DNA from: a virus
Taxonomy: Duplodnaviria; Caudoviricetes
Strand: one strand, 5' to 3'
DNA length: 64,000 nt
IMG/VR virus record: IMGVR_UViG_2775507133_000001
Coordinates: 1 to 64,000 of that record
Of the stretch, positions 1 to 10,323 are shown piece by piece; the first letter of the stretch is position 1, and each line of letters begins with the position of its first letter. Made by a program: the position numbers and the translations under genes. The notes beneath the pieces are model-generated. The model saw only the letters and a program-made list of their open reading frames with translations. It ran no database searches and was not told the DNA's origin.

Positions 1-564
1 CTACCGGACATCGAGCGCGGTCTCCCTGAGCAGCTTGTTCCGCCCGGCGGTCACGAGGACGGCCACGTTGTCCGGCGAGCACAAGTCGCCCGGGCCGTGC
101 ATCGGCACCACCCAGTGGCAGAACGACACTTCGGGGTCCGTCACGTCCGTGCGGGGCACCCCGAGGAACGTGGCGCGGCCCAGACACTCGGCGTGCCCCT
201 CGAACCTGCGGTCGAGCCACTCGGCGCGCTGCCCGGTCGAGACCGGCACGAGCACGTAGTAGTTGCCGTTGGCCTGGTCGGCGAACACCGGCCCGTCCAG
301 CAGGTTGGCGAGCACGCCGCTCACCAGCTCCGGGTCGTCGGTCTCCACCGCGGCGTGCACGACGGCGCGGCGGATCCTCACGGCGGAGAACAGGCCGCCG
401 AGCCGCAGCAGCGCGACCGTCGCGGTCTGCCACTCGGTCAGCGCCAGGTCGCGGGAGTCGGCAGCCGCCAGCAGCCAGGTCTGCGCGGAGATCGCCCGGT
501 CCCGGGCGGTCTCCACTAACACCTCGCCGGCGTCCGGGTCGTACAGGTCGAGGTCGGTCATCAC
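1..564 (-). CDS. Hypothetical protein, distantly Prim-Pol-like (common Streptomyces mobile-element gene)
   Basis: 187-aa ORF with GPV...YYVLVP...LG...LGVP...WVVP pattern; coupled to the upstream ORF. Confidence 0.55.
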   Translation of the reverse strand: MMTDLDLYDPDAGEVLVETARDRAISAQTWLLAAADSRDLALTEWQTATVALLRLGGLFSAVRIRRAVVHAAVETDDPELVSGVLANLLDGPVFADQANGNYYVLVPVSTGQRAEWLDRRFEGHAECLGRATFLGVPRTDVTDPEVSFCHWVVPMHGPGDLCSPDNVAVLVTAGRNKLLRETALDVR

Positions 565-800
565 GCGACCTCGCGGGGCCGGCCGTGGAGGGCAGTCTCG
601 GTGGCCGCCGCGAGCGCGGCTCGGACCTGCTCCAGGTGCGCCTCGCCCTCAGCGCGCGTCATGACGAGCTCTATGTCGCTGACCGGCTCGTCGACGGCGA
701 ACAAGGTCAGCGGGACGCGGACCTCTCCGGTCTGCCGGTCGCTGTACGGCGCGGCGCCGCGGCGGGGCGAGGCGTGCCAGCGAGGCGGGGGCGTATCCAC
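561..800 (-). CDS. Small hypothetical protein
   Basis: GTG at 800 preceded by GGAGG; stop overlaps the start of the next gene. Confidence 0.55.
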   Translation of the reverse strand: MDTPPPRWHASPRRGAAPYSDRQTGEVRVPLTLFAVDEPVSDIELVMTRAEGEAHLEQVRAALAAATETALHGRPREVA

Positions 801-904
801 GGGGTGACCTCCGGTTACGGGAACGGTCTGTGCAAGCGCCGTCACCGTAGGACGTCTACCGGGCAGTAACAGGTACACGCTGTACCCGTTGCCCCCGCCG
901 TCCC

Positions 905-2143
905 CTAGCTGGGGGCGCTTACCCCCACCGTTTCGGCCAGCCGCTGCGCCTCGGGCCGCAGCGCACGCGGAGCCTTTCGCCACAGCTCAGCGGCCACCCC
1001 GCGCGCCGACGGCGTGTACTGCACCGTCTCGATGCCCGTCTCGCACGCGATCTTCATGACCATCAGGGCCGCGGTGCGGTCCCCGCGCTGGAGATGCCCG
1101 CGCGCGACCTCCACCCACAGCCTGGCCTGCCGTTCTACCGACGGCATGGTCTCCGGGTCGATCTCGTCGGCCATGTTGAGCGCCTGCCCCGACCGCATCA
1201 GGTCGGTGTGCACCGACACCGCGTGGAAGTCGCAGTTGGCTCGACCGAAAACCGTTGACGGATGCACGTACGACACCGGCAGGCTCTTGGCGACCTGGTT
1301 GCCGCGCTCCCAGTACCGCCAGGCGTCGCCCTCGGCTCCCTCCCGCGCGTGCGTCACCGCCGCGTGCAGCTGGAGCGCCCCGTACACGCCACGCCAGTCG
1401 TCCGGCGCCGTGTCCAGGTGCGGGCGGAGCAGGTCCGAGGCCTCCGTCACGACCCGCAGCGCGTCCTCCGGGTACGACGTCTCCCGCAAAATGTTGCCCA
1501 TGTTCCACGCCGATGCCGCGATCGCCGCCGGGTCGTCGGCGTCCTGCGCGGCCGTCAGCGCACGGTCCGCGACCACCCACGCCAGCTCCGCCGGGGCGAC
1601 GTACGCCGTCGCCTGCCCCGTCAGCCGGTACACGTCCGACAGTGCTACCAGCGCACGCCGGCGGTCCTGCCCGTCGAGCGCCCGCGTCGCCGCCTCCCCG
1701 TCGCGGATCAGCCCGGGCAGCAGCGCCCCCACCTCGGTGCGGTTGTGCTCGGAGGTGTGCCACAGCCGCCATGCCTCGTCGACGCGGCCCTGGAGCCGCC
1801 CCGCGTCGGGCGGCACCTGCTGCTGCACCGACACGGCCAGCGGCCGTGTCATGACCGCCGCCCAGATCGCCGGGAGCGACGGGTGGTTGAGCCGGCCGAG
1901 CGGCACCGGCGCCGTCACGTCGCTCGCCGCGCCCGTGATGACGGACAGGTCCGGCACCTGGAGCGCGGCCGCCAGCCGCAACAGCAACGTGTACGAGTCG
2001 ATCTGCCGCTCGCCGAGCTCAACCTTCTTCAACCACTCGACGCCGCGACCGCACTGCTGGGCCAGGACCGGGCGGGACATACCGCGCGACTCCCTCAAAG
2101 CCCGGATGCGCTCGCCCATGCTCAAGTCTTCGGGGAATTCCAC
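905..2143 (-). CDS. XRE-family HTH transcriptional regulator with long helical C-terminal domain
   Basis: N-terminal GERIRALRESRGMSRPVLAQQCG...WLKKVELGER XRE signature; start chosen at GTG after GAGGGG. Confidence 0.85.
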   Translation of the reverse strand: MEFPEDLSMGERIRALRESRGMSRPVLAQQCGRGVEWLKKVELGERQIDSYTLLLRLAAALQVPDLSVITGAASDVTAPVPLGRLNHPSLPAIWAAVMTRPLAVSVQQQVPPDAGRLQGRVDEAWRLWHTSEHNRTEVGALLPGLIRDGEAATRALDGQDRRRALVALSDVYRLTGQATAYVAPAELAWVVADRALTAAQDADDPAAIAASAWNMGNILRETSYPEDALRVVTEASDLLRPHLDTAPDDWRGVYGALQLHAAVTHAREGAEGDAWRYWERGNQVAKSLPVSYVHPSTVFGRANCDFHAVSVHTDLMRSGQALNMADEIDPETMPSVERQARLWVEVARGHLQRGDRTAALMVMKIACETGIETVQYTPSARGVAAELWRKAPRALRPEAQRLAETVGVSAPS

Positions 2144-2343
2144 GATGTGCCCCTCACGTCCACGATGAGCCTTCATCGCCAATGTACGGGCGTCGGCGTG
2201 CCTCTGGCAGGGCGTCAGGCATACCGCAGGCCCCGGCCCAGGGACGGGGGGCAGGGGCCTGAGGGCTTTCCCGGGTCAGCCAGCCAGCCACACGGAAAAT
2301 GACCCGTCCAAGGTAACCCCGGGCACTGACAGCTCAGGTCCAC

Positions 2344-2730
2344 TCATCCGGCGTCCGGGTGCGCCTGCGCCCAGTGCTCGGCGACCGCAGCCTCCACGCG
2401 CGCCTGGTACACCTCCGCGCGCTCGCCGGCGTGCGCGGTCAGCGCCGCGTCCAAGTCCGCGCGGTCGCCGACGGGCAGGAGGATCGGCCCGAACGCCTCG
2501 GCGCCCGGCTGCTCGTCGTGATGCCAGCCGCAGCCCAGCGGGCACGCGTACCGCACGAGCCCGAACTCGGGGAAGTCCGGCATCGGCACGATGCTCGGCG
2601 GCGCCCAAGCCGACGCGCTCGCACGCCGCGCGGCCTCTATCTCCGCCAGCACCTCCGCCGGGGTGCGGCGCGGCAGCCGTGCGAGGACCTCGCGCAGCTC
2701 CTGGTCCTCGTCGTCAGGCTCGTAAGTCAT
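2344..2730 (-). CDS. Hypothetical protein (CPxxC-xxH putative metal site)
   Basis: Plausible ORF, YACPLGCGWHH. Confidence 0.6.
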   Translation of the reverse strand: MTYEPDDEDQELREVLARLPRRTPAEVLAEIEAARRASASAWAPPSIVPMPDFPEFGLVRYACPLGCGWHHDEQPGAEAFGPILLPVGDRADLDAALTAHAGERAEVYQARVEAAVAEHWAQAHPDAG

Positions 2731-2758
2731 GCCCGCCAGCATCCCAGAGCGCGGCAGA

Positions 2759-2800
2759 GCCCCCGTCCTTCCTCCGGAGCGGGGGAGGAAGGACGGGGGC
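2759..2800 (-). terminator. Strong hairpin ending the late/lysis operon
   Basis: 17-bp perfect inverted repeat GCCCCCGTCCTTCCTCC/GGAGGAAGGACGGGGGC just after the stop at 2825. Confidence 0.7.
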
Positions 2801-2824
2801 CCGTTTGGGGGGTCAGCGCGCCGG

Positions 2825-3508
2825 CTACAGGTACTGGCGTCGCTGCGGGTCGAGAGCCAGACTCCGCAGACTCTGATTGTCGTCGTGCGGGTCGGGCTGC
2901 GGACTGCCTGTCCTGCGGCAGACCAGCGCGTCGGGGTCGTACGACGGGACTTGCGGGCTGTACCCGTCAGGGCAGGCGGGCCCCGGCGGGCCCGCTACGC
3001 CCTGCTCGCCCGGCTCGCCCTCCGGTCCGGGCGGTCCCGGCGGCCCGGCGTCTCCCTGTGGTCCCGGCGGCCCGGCGGGACCTGCTTGACCGGCAGCGCC
3101 CGCCTGGCCCGGCTCGCCCGCGCTGCCGTCGTTGCCGTCGGTGCCGGGAGTTCCGTCGCCGCCCGGTGCCCCCGACGGTCCCACCGGACCTACGGGGCCC
3201 ACGGGTCCGGCTGGGCCCGTGGGGCCCGCCGGACCGCGGTCGCCTTGCGGGCCGGACGGCCCGATCACGCTCTCGCCCGGTTCCCCGCGGCTGCCCGGCG
3301 GGCCGGCGACCGGACTCGCTCCTAGCTCCTGCACCTGCGTGGCGAGAGCGTCCCGCGCGTCGTTCGCGGAACGCAGCTCGTTGGACAAGGAAACGACCTG
3401 GACGGCGAGCCAAGTGAGCAGTACCAGGACAACGACGGCAGTGAGAGCGACCAGCCACTCGGCCCGCGGCAGCCGGACGCGAGGGTACTTCCTGCACACG
3501 CCGGTCAC
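2825..3508 (-). CDS. Membrane-anchored collagen-like protein of the lysis cassette
   Basis: N-terminal TM helix, coiled coil, long Gly-X-Y run, C-terminal CPDGY...LVC. Confidence 0.8.
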   Translation of the reverse strand: MTGVCRKYPRVRLPRAEWLVALTAVVVLVLLTWLAVQVVSLSNELRSANDARDALATQVQELGASPVAGPPGSRGEPGESVIGPSGPQGDRGPAGPTGPAGPVGPVGPVGPSGAPGGDGTPGTDGNDGSAGEPGQAGAAGQAGPAGPPGPQGDAGPPGPPGPEGEPGEQGVAGPPGPACPDGYSPQVPSYDPDALVCRRTGSPQPDPHDDNQSLRSLALDPQRRQYL

Positions 3509-3867
3509 TTCGCCACCACCGCCCAGATCGCGATGGCCGCCGCGAGAAGCCCCATCAGGACGGGCACGATGGCCTGGTAGAGACGGGCCTGCCGGTCCTT
3601 CTCCCGGCGGTCACGTTCGTCGAGCTGGTACTTCTCGAACGCGGCCTCGATCGCTTCCCGCGCACTGATTTCCTTCTGCAACTCCTGGGACAGAGCGGCG
3701 ATGCGCTGGTCGGTGTGAGCCGACTGCAGCGTGTAGACCTCGGCCGACACGAGCCTGTCAAGGCGGCTGTTCAGGCCCGCCATGCCGTCGCGGAACTCGC
3801 GGCGCATCGCGTCTACCGTGCGCCCGAGTTCACCGACGCTCAGTTGGTCATCGGGCACGGGTAGCAC
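3505..3867 (-). CDS. Coiled-coil membrane protein (lysis cassette)
   Basis: Coiled coil plus C-terminal TM segment; located after the holin. Confidence 0.7.
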   Translation of the reverse strand: MLPVPDDQLSVGELGRTVDAMRREFRDGMAGLNSRLDRLVSAEVYTLQSAHTDQRIAALSQELQKEISAREAIEAAFEKYQLDERDRREKDRQARLYQAIVPVLMGLLAAAIAIWAVVAK

Positions 3868-3937
3868 TCCCTTCAGTTCCCAGACGCCGCGCGGCGGACC
3901 ACCGCCGGTAACCCGTCCACCCGTGGTGACAGCGCGC

Positions 3938-4237
3938 TCACGAGCGGCTTTGCCGGATCAGGTCGCCGACGTCGTCCGTGGGCCGGTAGCGGGGCGGGCG
4001 GGCGTAGCCGAGCAACGCACCCGCCGCGCCCTGGATCCACGGCGGGCCGCCGAACTTCTCCACCGCCCGCTCCAGCAGCCGGAACAGCAGGTAGTAGGCG
4101 CCCGCGACGAGGAGCGTCACGGCGGCCTGCGCCGTCTCGCTGTCGAGGGTGAACCCGAGGTGGGTGAGGGCGACGATGGCCCAGCCCGCGACGAGCGGAA
4201 CGACCGTACGCAGTACGGACGGGAGCAGGGTTCCCAC
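3938..4237 (-). CDS. Putative holin
   Basis: 99 aa, two or three hydrophobic helices, immediately downstream of the endolysin. Confidence 0.7.
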   Translation of the reverse strand: MGTLLPSVLRTVVPLVAGWAIVALTHLGFTLDSETAQAAVTLLVAGAYYLLFRLLERAVEKFGGPPWIQGAAGALLGYARPPRYRPTDDVGDLIRQSRS

Positions 4238-4250
4238 GATGGGCCTCCGA

Positions 4251-5216
4251 TCAGGCGACGTAGTCGCCGGTGACGAACCGATGGGTGAGGGTGACGGGCG
4301 CCCCGTCCGGGGACACCGCGCGCACCATGAACCGCAGGTGACGCTCCGCGGGGACGTCCACGTTGTGGAGGAACTGCACGGCGCCGCCCGCCTGGAGCGG
4401 CAGCGGGCCGACGTCGCCGTACCCGGACTCGTCCTTGCCGCTGGTGTCGGTGGCGTAGAAGCGGCCCGTGACGAGGGTCCCCGGCGGGGTGTCGGCCGCG
4501 AACGTGAGCTGGACGTACGTGGGGCCGACCAGGCGGCGCGGACCGGAGTGCAGTACCGCGTCCTCGAACGCCAGCCGCGTCCACTCCCCCGACTTGAGCG
4601 TCACGTCGAGCGGGTTGGCTTCGTTCAGCTTGCCCAGGGTCATGCCGTCGTTCTCCTGCGGGTGTTGGGGCTCGGTGGTCGTGGTCTTGCCGGTGGCGCG
4701 CGCCACGATCTCCGGGAAGATCACGTCTCGGAACTGCCGTATCCGCGCGTCGCCCGGGCACGAGTGCGCGTTCGGGTTCCACGCGTCGAACTGCCGGTGC
4801 CAGCCGAACCCGGGGTCGGACGCCGACCGGCACAGCCGCAGCGGGATGCCGTGCTGCTGGTGCGCCCACACGCCGAGCCGGATCAGCGACTCGACCTGCG
4901 CAGCCGTCCACGGGTCCGACGCTTCCACGTTCGACGCCGTCTCCACCGACAGGGCGCCGGACCCGTCCGCGCGGAGGTTGGCCGCCGCGTTGGCGTCCGC
5001 CCGCGTCTGGGTGCCGATGTACTGGCCGATCCGGCCGTCGTACCCCACCCCGAAGTGCGACTCGAGGTTCGTTCCGTCCCGCCAGAATGCGTAGATCCGC
5101 TCGATGGTCCACGGCGCGGCGAGGCTGTGCACGATGAGCTGCGTCGGCCGGATGGCCGGCTGCGCGTCGGACTCCGGCTGAAGCTCCATTTTCGTCGCGA
5201 ACGGGCACCAGGCCAT
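4251..5216 (-). CDS. Endolysin, N-acetylmuramoyl-L-alanine amidase (Amidase_2-like)
   Basis: IVHS...SHF...SVET...WHR...SCPG zinc-amidase motifs; ATG at 5216 coupled to the upstream stop. Confidence 0.85.
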   Translation of the reverse strand: MAWCPFATKMELQPESDAQPAIRPTQLIVHSLAAPWTIERIYAFWRDGTNLESHFGVGYDGRIGQYIGTQTRADANAAANLRADGSGALSVETASNVEASDPWTAAQVESLIRLGVWAHQQHGIPLRLCRSASDPGFGWHRQFDAWNPNAHSCPGDARIRQFRDVIFPEIVARATGKTTTTEPQHPQENDGMTLGKLNEANPLDVTLKSGEWTRLAFEDAVLHSGPRRLVGPTYVQLTFAADTPPGTLVTGRFYATDTSGKDESGYGDVGPLPLQAGGAVQFLHNVDVPAERHLRFMVRAVSPDGAPVTLTHRFVTGDYVA

Positions 5217-5452
5217 CAGTCGTCGCCCCCGGCCTGCATGTCGGCGACCGGCACACCGGTCACGTAGGGGGCGGCCGAGGCGGGCACGAACGGGCCGTCC
5301 GCGTCGATCGTCAGCGTGTTGCCGGGCGTCGAGGAGACCTTCGCTCCGACGACGTACGGCTTGGTGGCGGTTCCCGCCCCGGCGACCGCCGTCTCGGGAC
5401 CATCCGTCACCACACAGTGGCAGGCGCCACCGCCGCACTTGCAGCTCGCCAT
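5216..5452 (-). CDS. Small Cys-rich virion/tail protein (MASCKCGGGACHC), paralogous to the N-terminus of 5835-6668
   Basis: Similar CxCGG..CxCVV and GxGT..PY.V motifs; GGAGG RBS. Confidence 0.65.
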   Translation of the reverse strand: MASCKCGGGACHCVVTDGPETAVAGAGTATKPYVVGAKVSSTPGNTLTIDADGPFVPASAAPYVTGVPVADMQAGGDD

Positions 5453-5476
5453 GAACCCCTCCGGGTTTCGAGTCGA

Positions 5477-5498
5477 GCCAGGCCCTGAACCATGCGGC
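5477..5498 (-). promoter_or_regulatory. Late-gene leader motif copy 1
   Basis: GCCGCATGGTTCAGGGCCTGGC upstream of the gene starting at 5452. Confidence 0.7.
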
Positions 5499-5507
5499 AC
5501 GCTTAGC

Positions 5508-5822
5508 TTACGGTTCGTCTGCCGGGGTCACGGCCTCTTCGGGCGGGTGGTAGCCGGTGAGGCGGCTCGCCACCTCGTTGGTGATCCCAGGGAGGGCCCG
5601 CAGCATGTCGTAGGCGCCGTGCGCTTCCGCCTGTTCGGCTGCCTCCTGCTCTCGCGCCCGGCGTTGCTGCTCCGCGCGGTGCGCTGCCACGGCCCCGTCG
5701 AACTCCTCCTTCGTGATCTCCTGCACGCCTTCGTCCTCGTACAGCGGCGGCGTAAAGTTCACGCCTCCCAGCATCCGCACGGTGCCGTCGGGGTTGCGGT
5801 AGTACCGCTTCGTCTCCTCCAC
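5508..5822 (-). CDS. Hypothetical tail-associated protein
   Basis: 104-aa ORF with AAGGAG RBS in the tail operon. Confidence 0.65.
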   Translation of the reverse strand: MEETKRYYRNPDGTVRMLGGVNFTPPLYEDEGVQEITKEEFDGAVAAHRAEQQRRAREQEAAEQAEAHGAYDMLRALPGITNEVASRLTGYHPPEEAVTPADEP

Positions 5823-5834
5823 GGGGGCGACTCC

Positions 5835-6668
5835 TTAGTTCGGCAGCGAGAAGACCCACGCCCGCTGATACGACTGGATCTGCGAGTAGGTGGCGCCGCC
5901 CGAGCCGCGGCCCATGGTGACGTTGAGCAGGAAGTTGACCGAGTCGCCCGCGGGGATCACCGCGCGCAGCATTCGCCCGGTCTGAGTGTGCGTCGCCGTG
6001 ATCGCGCTGCTGCCTCGGTTCGCCGAGTACCAGGTGTCGTCGGTGCTGATTCCGTACATAGCGCCCGAGTTGGCCGGCAGGTTGATCTCGACGTCCAGCT
6101 CCTGCCACACCATCGCCATCGCCGGACGGCACGGGTCGACGTTCGGCAGGACGAGTGTGTAGCCGACCACGACCGTCTCCGATGCAGGCACGGCCACGTT
6201 GTTGTACGTCTGGCTGAAGATGGCCTCGTAGTAGTTCATGCGTGGCATCGGGTCGCCCCGCAGCCGCCCGTTCGCGTCGCTGTACACGCCGCCCGCCTGC
6301 GCGTCCACGTCGCACGGGAACGGCCACTCCATCGTGTTGGCCTCGACCGGGTTCGAGGCCGACCCATTACCGACCAGCCCGCGGCCGGCCGTGATCGTCG
6401 CGGACCCCGTCGGCACGAACAGGCCGTCCGACCGGACCGCAAGATTATTGCCCGCAGCGCTGGACACCTCGACGGCTATCTCGCCCGTCGCCGGGTCGTA
6501 CGCGATACCGTCACCGGCCGACAGGCACTCGCGGACCTCGTCGCAGTTCGTCACCGCGCTCACCGTGAACGGCGCGAGCGCGGAGCCCGTCCCGGTCACC
6601 GTCGCGTTCTCCCCGGCCTGCACCACGCACTGGCAGTCGCCGCTTCCGCCGCACTGGCACCTCGCCAT
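5835..6668 (-). CDS. Minor tail/fibre protein, Cys-rich N-terminus
   Basis: Position after the Gly-rich tail protein; beta-rich C-terminal domain. Confidence 0.65.
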   Translation of the reverse strand: MARCQCGGSGDCQCVVQAGENATVTGTGSALAPFTVSAVTNCDEVRECLSAGDGIAYDPATGEIAVEVSSAAGNNLAVRSDGLFVPTGSATITAGRGLVGNGSASNPVEANTMEWPFPCDVDAQAGGVYSDANGRLRGDPMPRMNYYEAIFSQTYNNVAVPASETVVVGYTLVLPNVDPCRPAMAMVWQELDVEINLPANSGAMYGISTDDTWYSANRGSSAITATHTQTGRMLRAVIPAGDSVNFLLNVTMGRGSGGATYSQIQSYQRAWVFSLPN

Positions 6669-6680
6669 GACCCGACCCCC

Positions 6681-7403
6681 TCAGCCGTAGAGCTCGACGA
6701 TGACGATGCCGCTGCCGCCGGGCTGACCGGTCTGCGGCGAAGCGTTGATGGACACGGCGCCGCCCGCGCCCGCCCCGTACCCGGTCGGCGGCTGCCCGGG
6801 CCCGCTCGTGCGACGCTCCTCACCGCCGCGGCCGAGGACAGAGTCGCCGCCGCGCCCGGACACGCACTGGCCTGCGCTGAGCCGGATCGAGGCGCCGCTG
6901 GCCCCGCCGCCGATGATGATGTCGCCGGTGCCGGACGATGAGCCGGCCGGGCCGCGCGCGGTCTCCAGCGCTGTCCCGGACAGCATGTTCGCGGGCCCGC
7001 CGTCGCCGCCATCTGCGGACACCAGCCCGCCGAAGCTTGATGTGCCGCCTGGGCCGCCGGCGTTGTTGTCCTGGCCGCCTATCCCGCCCTTGCCGACGAC
7101 GACGGCTTCCGCCGTGCCGAGCGCGCTCACCTCGATGAGGGACTGCGCCCACGCCCCCGCAGGGGCGCCCGGGCGGGCGATCAGCTCACCCGCATCCGAG
7201 AAGGCGCCCGCCGACCCTCCGCCGCCGCCCTGGCACTGCACCCGCACCCGGGCCAGCCATGGGTAGGACGCCTTCGTGAAGCTGTACGTGCCCGGCTTGT
7301 CGTAGTAGAGGACCTTCCTCAGGCCGAGCGAGCCAGGGATGATCGACAACTCTCCATTGTCGGTGAGCTGGAAGTACGTGCCATCGGCACACGATCTCGC
7401 CAC
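6681..7403 (-). CDS. Glycine-rich tail fibre-like protein
   Basis: QGGGGGS...GAGGA...GGSGIVIVELY Gly-rich phage domain. Confidence 0.75.
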   Translation of the reverse strand: MARSCADGTYFQLTDNGELSIIPGSLGLRKVLYYDKPGTYSFTKASYPWLARVRVQCQGGGGGSAGAFSDAGELIARPGAPAGAWAQSLIEVSALGTAEAVVVGKGGIGGQDNNAGGPGGTSSFGGLVSADGGDGGPANMLSGTALETARGPAGSSSGTGDIIIGGGASGASIRLSAGQCVSGRGGDSVLGRGGEERRTSGPGQPPTGYGAGAGGAVSINASPQTGQPGGSGIVIVELYG

Positions 7404-7428
7404 GGGACCTCACATGCTCGATTCCGTA

Positions 7429-7450
7429 GCCAGGCCCTCAACCATCCAGC
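7429..7450 (-). promoter_or_regulatory. Late-gene leader motif copy 2
   Basis: GCTGGATGGTTGAGGGCCTGGC upstream of 7403. Confidence 0.7.
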
Positions 7451-7475
7451 TCCGACACCAGGGTAGCCACGCCGG

Positions 7476-7952
7476 TCAGGCGATCGTGCCGACCGCCGTC
7501 ACATGCACCTTCACCCCAGAGCCTGCCGGTACGGCCGTCTGCCCGCCCGTCGCGACCGTGGTGGACTGCCACACCCTCATGGTGGCCTGCGTGGTGCTAA
7601 CCGCCTCCAGCGTCACCCACGCCGCGCGCACGTCGGCGGGGTCCGGGTCGACGACGAGAGCGCCGATCACCGGCGGCTGCGTGAACGGCTGCTGATACAC
7701 CCACGTGACGCGGCCGTCTGCCGAGGTGCTGATGATGCTCGCCGCTGGGGGCCCGCCGGGCGCACCGGGCGGCCCGGGCTCGCCGGGCGGGCCCGGCACT
7801 CCCTGAACGCCTTGAGGGCCCTGCTCGCCGCGGGGGCCGCGCTCGCCCTGGCGGCCGCGCGGCCCCGGCTGCCGCGCGGCGCGCTCGGTCTCCCGCAGCA
7901 CCCCCGCCAGCGGGTTGTCGGGGATCAGCCGCATCGCCGGCCTGCTCGCCAT
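7476..7952 (-). CDS. Minor tail protein with short collagen-like repeat
   Basis: ATG overlapping the upstream TAA; Gly-X-Y run. Confidence 0.7.
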   Translation of the reverse strand: MASRPAMRLIPDNPLAGVLRETERAARQPGPRGRQGERGPRGEQGPQGVQGVPGPPGEPGPPGAPGGPPAASIISTSADGRVTWVYQQPFTQPPVIGALVVDPDPADVRAAWVTLEAVSTTQATMRVWQSTTVATGGQTAVPAGSGVKVHVTAVGTIA

Positions 7953-8983
7953 TACACGTCCTCCACGTTCGAACCGACTGGACCGACCTGGACCTTCACC
8001 GACTCGCCGTCGCCGTCGGCCTCCACCGACAGGCCGGTCAGCTTCATGCGCTGCGCGATGTTCCGGCACGTCGCGGTGGTCGCCACATCCACACACCAGC
8101 CCGGCACCAGGTGGGCGATGTCCACGTCGGCGTCCGGTGACAGCGTGACCTCCGAGGTGTCGATGTAGACCGGCACCTGCAACGACGACGCCAGCCGCGC
8201 AGCCGCGGAGGCGTCCGCCGACGCCTGGTCGGTGATGGTGGAGTCCTGCACGGACCGCTCGATCAGCCCGTAGTACGGGTCGACGCCGCCGGCCACACCG
8301 ATGATCCCCGAGCCTTCCTCGCCGTACACGTACCACTTCGTGACGACCGCGGTGCCGTCCTCGGCGACGCTCAGCCCATCGGGCAGGTCCGCGTCCGTGA
8401 TCGTGCCGACGCTCGCTGACCAGTCGTCCGGCATGAGCAGCAGCTTCTCCCCGTATGCGGTGAAATCCAAGCCGGTGTCGGCGAGATCGCGAAGCTTGTC
8501 ACCGGACTGCCCGATGCCCTGCGTGTACGAGCGGGACACCCGGATCCCCGACTTCGCGAGGACCTGCACGCTGTGGCCCGGGTCGTCCGGGAAGAAGCCG
8601 TCCTCGATGAGCCACTCGGCGATGTCGGTCAAATCGGTGTCCGTGAACGACTTAGGCTCGTGCGGGGAGCGCCGGTTGAGGACCGAAACGATGTCGGCGG
8701 CCGACACGGTCACCGTGCCGACCCCCCACGTCGGCTGGATGATCTGCCCGCCCCACACGTACTGCTCGTTGCGGAACACGTGCAGCCAGTGCCTCATGCC
8801 GCGCATCTGCCCGAGCTTCCCGCAGCAGTCCATGTCGGGCTGGATCGTCACGACGGCGGTCGACGCGTCGTTGAGGATGCGCCCCCACCGCACCCGGGTA
8901 AGGGTCTCCGCCTGCGCGAGGATCGACCCGCCCCGGTCGGCGATGAACGCCGTGTACTCGGCTGCACACCCGAGCCCCGCCAC
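7952..8983 (-). CDS. Minor tail protein (baseplate hub/Tal-like)
   Basis: Second gene after the tape measure; WGGQI and YYGLIE-type patterns of actinophage minor tail proteins. Confidence 0.7.
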   Translation of the reverse strand: MAGLGCAAEYTAFIADRGGSILAQAETLTRVRWGRILNDASTAVVTIQPDMDCCGKLGQMRGMRHWLHVFRNEQYVWGGQIIQPTWGVGTVTVSAADIVSVLNRRSPHEPKSFTDTDLTDIAEWLIEDGFFPDDPGHSVQVLAKSGIRVSRSYTQGIGQSGDKLRDLADTGLDFTAYGEKLLLMPDDWSASVGTITDADLPDGLSVAEDGTAVVTKWYVYGEEGSGIIGVAGGVDPYYGLIERSVQDSTITDQASADASAAARLASSLQVPVYIDTSEVTLSPDADVDIAHLVPGWCVDVATTATCRNIAQRMKLTGLSVEADGDGESVKVQVGPVGSNVEDV

Positions 8984-8985
8984 GG

Positions 8986-10314
8986 CTACAGCACCTTCCC
9001 AGCGACGGCGAACTGCACCCGCGCGTCCGGCGCGGGCGGCAGGATGCCGTCGCTCTCCAGCAGCAGGCAGTACTCCGCGCAGCCGAGGACCGGCCAGGAC
9101 GGCGGCGCCCCGTCCCGCCCGAACACCGAGCCAGCCGACTGGCAGACGCCGCCGCAGTACACCACCGCGCGGCCCGTCTGCCCGTCAAGGACGAGTTCCG
9201 ACCCGGCCGCCAGGAACGCGACCGTCCACTGCGCGTACGGCTCGCAGCGGTGCTTCTCGGCGACCTCGGCACACGTCAGGCCGGCGTCGACCGCGGTCCG
9301 CTCGTACAGGGTGATCGTCAACCTGCGCAGGTCGCTGCTTCCCGCGTACACGCCGATGACCGGCACGTCGTCGATCAGTCCGGGCCGACTGCTCAGGTCC
9401 AGCGCGTACGCGGCGTCGTTGACGGCGATCGCGTTGCAGAAGCACGTCACCGGCCCCGATGGGACCGGCGGCGCGGCGGGCGCGCACGCCGGATCAGCGC
9501 AGCCGTCCCCGGCCTCCACACACTTCGCGAGGCGGCACCCCGTGCAGGGGGCGCCGCCCGGCGGATGAATGCACCAGTCGACGCACGTCCCGTCGAGGTC
9601 GCCGGGCACCAGCACATCGAGCAGCTCCACCTGGTCCATGTACGCGAACGGGCTCGCGGCGGTGAGCGTGAACTCCACCTGGATGATGTCGGCGCCCATC
9701 TCGCAGGCGCCGCCCGCGCAGTTCCCGCCCCCGTTGCGGGCCGTCACCCGCGGCCCCTTCGTGAGCGCCACCCGCCGGAACGAGCGGCGGTGCTGGGCGT
9801 TGAACTCGTCCCGGGTCATCGTCCCGCCCGGGCAGCACGCGTACATCTCCACGCAGTCGCCGCCGCACTGCGAGCCGGTGCAGCCCTGCAACGCCGACTT
9901 GAGCCACTGGTACCCGTACTCGACGCCGCAGCAGGTCGCGCCGAGCAGTAGCGCCGTGAACGTCATCGCGCGGGGCTGCACCCGGGCGGGGCCGATGGCG
10001 CCGCCGCCGGTGACGGCGGTGCTGACCGACCGCTCCACCGGGTAGTCGTCGACCCCGTCGACGCTCAGCAGCAGTACCCCGGCGAACTCGTCGCTCTCCG
10101 GGGCGTCCGGGTCCCACCACGGCGCCGGCGTGTCCGGGTCGTCGGGCGTCGTGTACGGCAGCCCGTCCGGGTCGAGGACCGCCGCGGTGAGTGCCTCGCA
10201 CGAGCAGATCTCCGATCCGGAGTCCAGCGGCGACCCGACCGTCTGCAAGTACTGCCTGAGGCGGGCGTGGTTGACGACCTCCACGCCGCCCACCGTCACG
10301 TAGTCGACCAGCAC
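8986..10314 (-). CDS. Distal tail (Dit-like) minor tail protein, Cys-rich
   Basis: First gene after the tape measure; QVEFTLTAASPFAY Dit-like motif. Confidence 0.7.
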   Translation of the reverse strand: MLVDYVTVGGVEVVNHARLRQYLQTVGSPLDSGSEICSCEALTAAVLDPDGLPYTTPDDPDTPAPWWDPDAPESDEFAGVLLLSVDGVDDYPVERSVSTAVTGGGAIGPARVQPRAMTFTALLLGATCCGVEYGYQWLKSALQGCTGSQCGGDCVEMYACCPGGTMTRDEFNAQHRRSFRRVALTKGPRVTARNGGGNCAGGACEMGADIIQVEFTLTAASPFAYMDQVELLDVLVPGDLDGTCVDWCIHPPGGAPCTGCRLAKCVEAGDGCADPACAPAAPPVPSGPVTCFCNAIAVNDAAYALDLSSRPGLIDDVPVIGVYAGSSDLRRLTITLYERTAVDAGLTCAEVAEKHRCEPYAQWTVAFLAAGSELVLDGQTGRAVVYCGGVCQSAGSVFGRDGAPPSWPVLGCAEYCLLLESDGILPPAPDARVQFAVAGKVL

Positions 10315-10323
10315 TCCAACTCC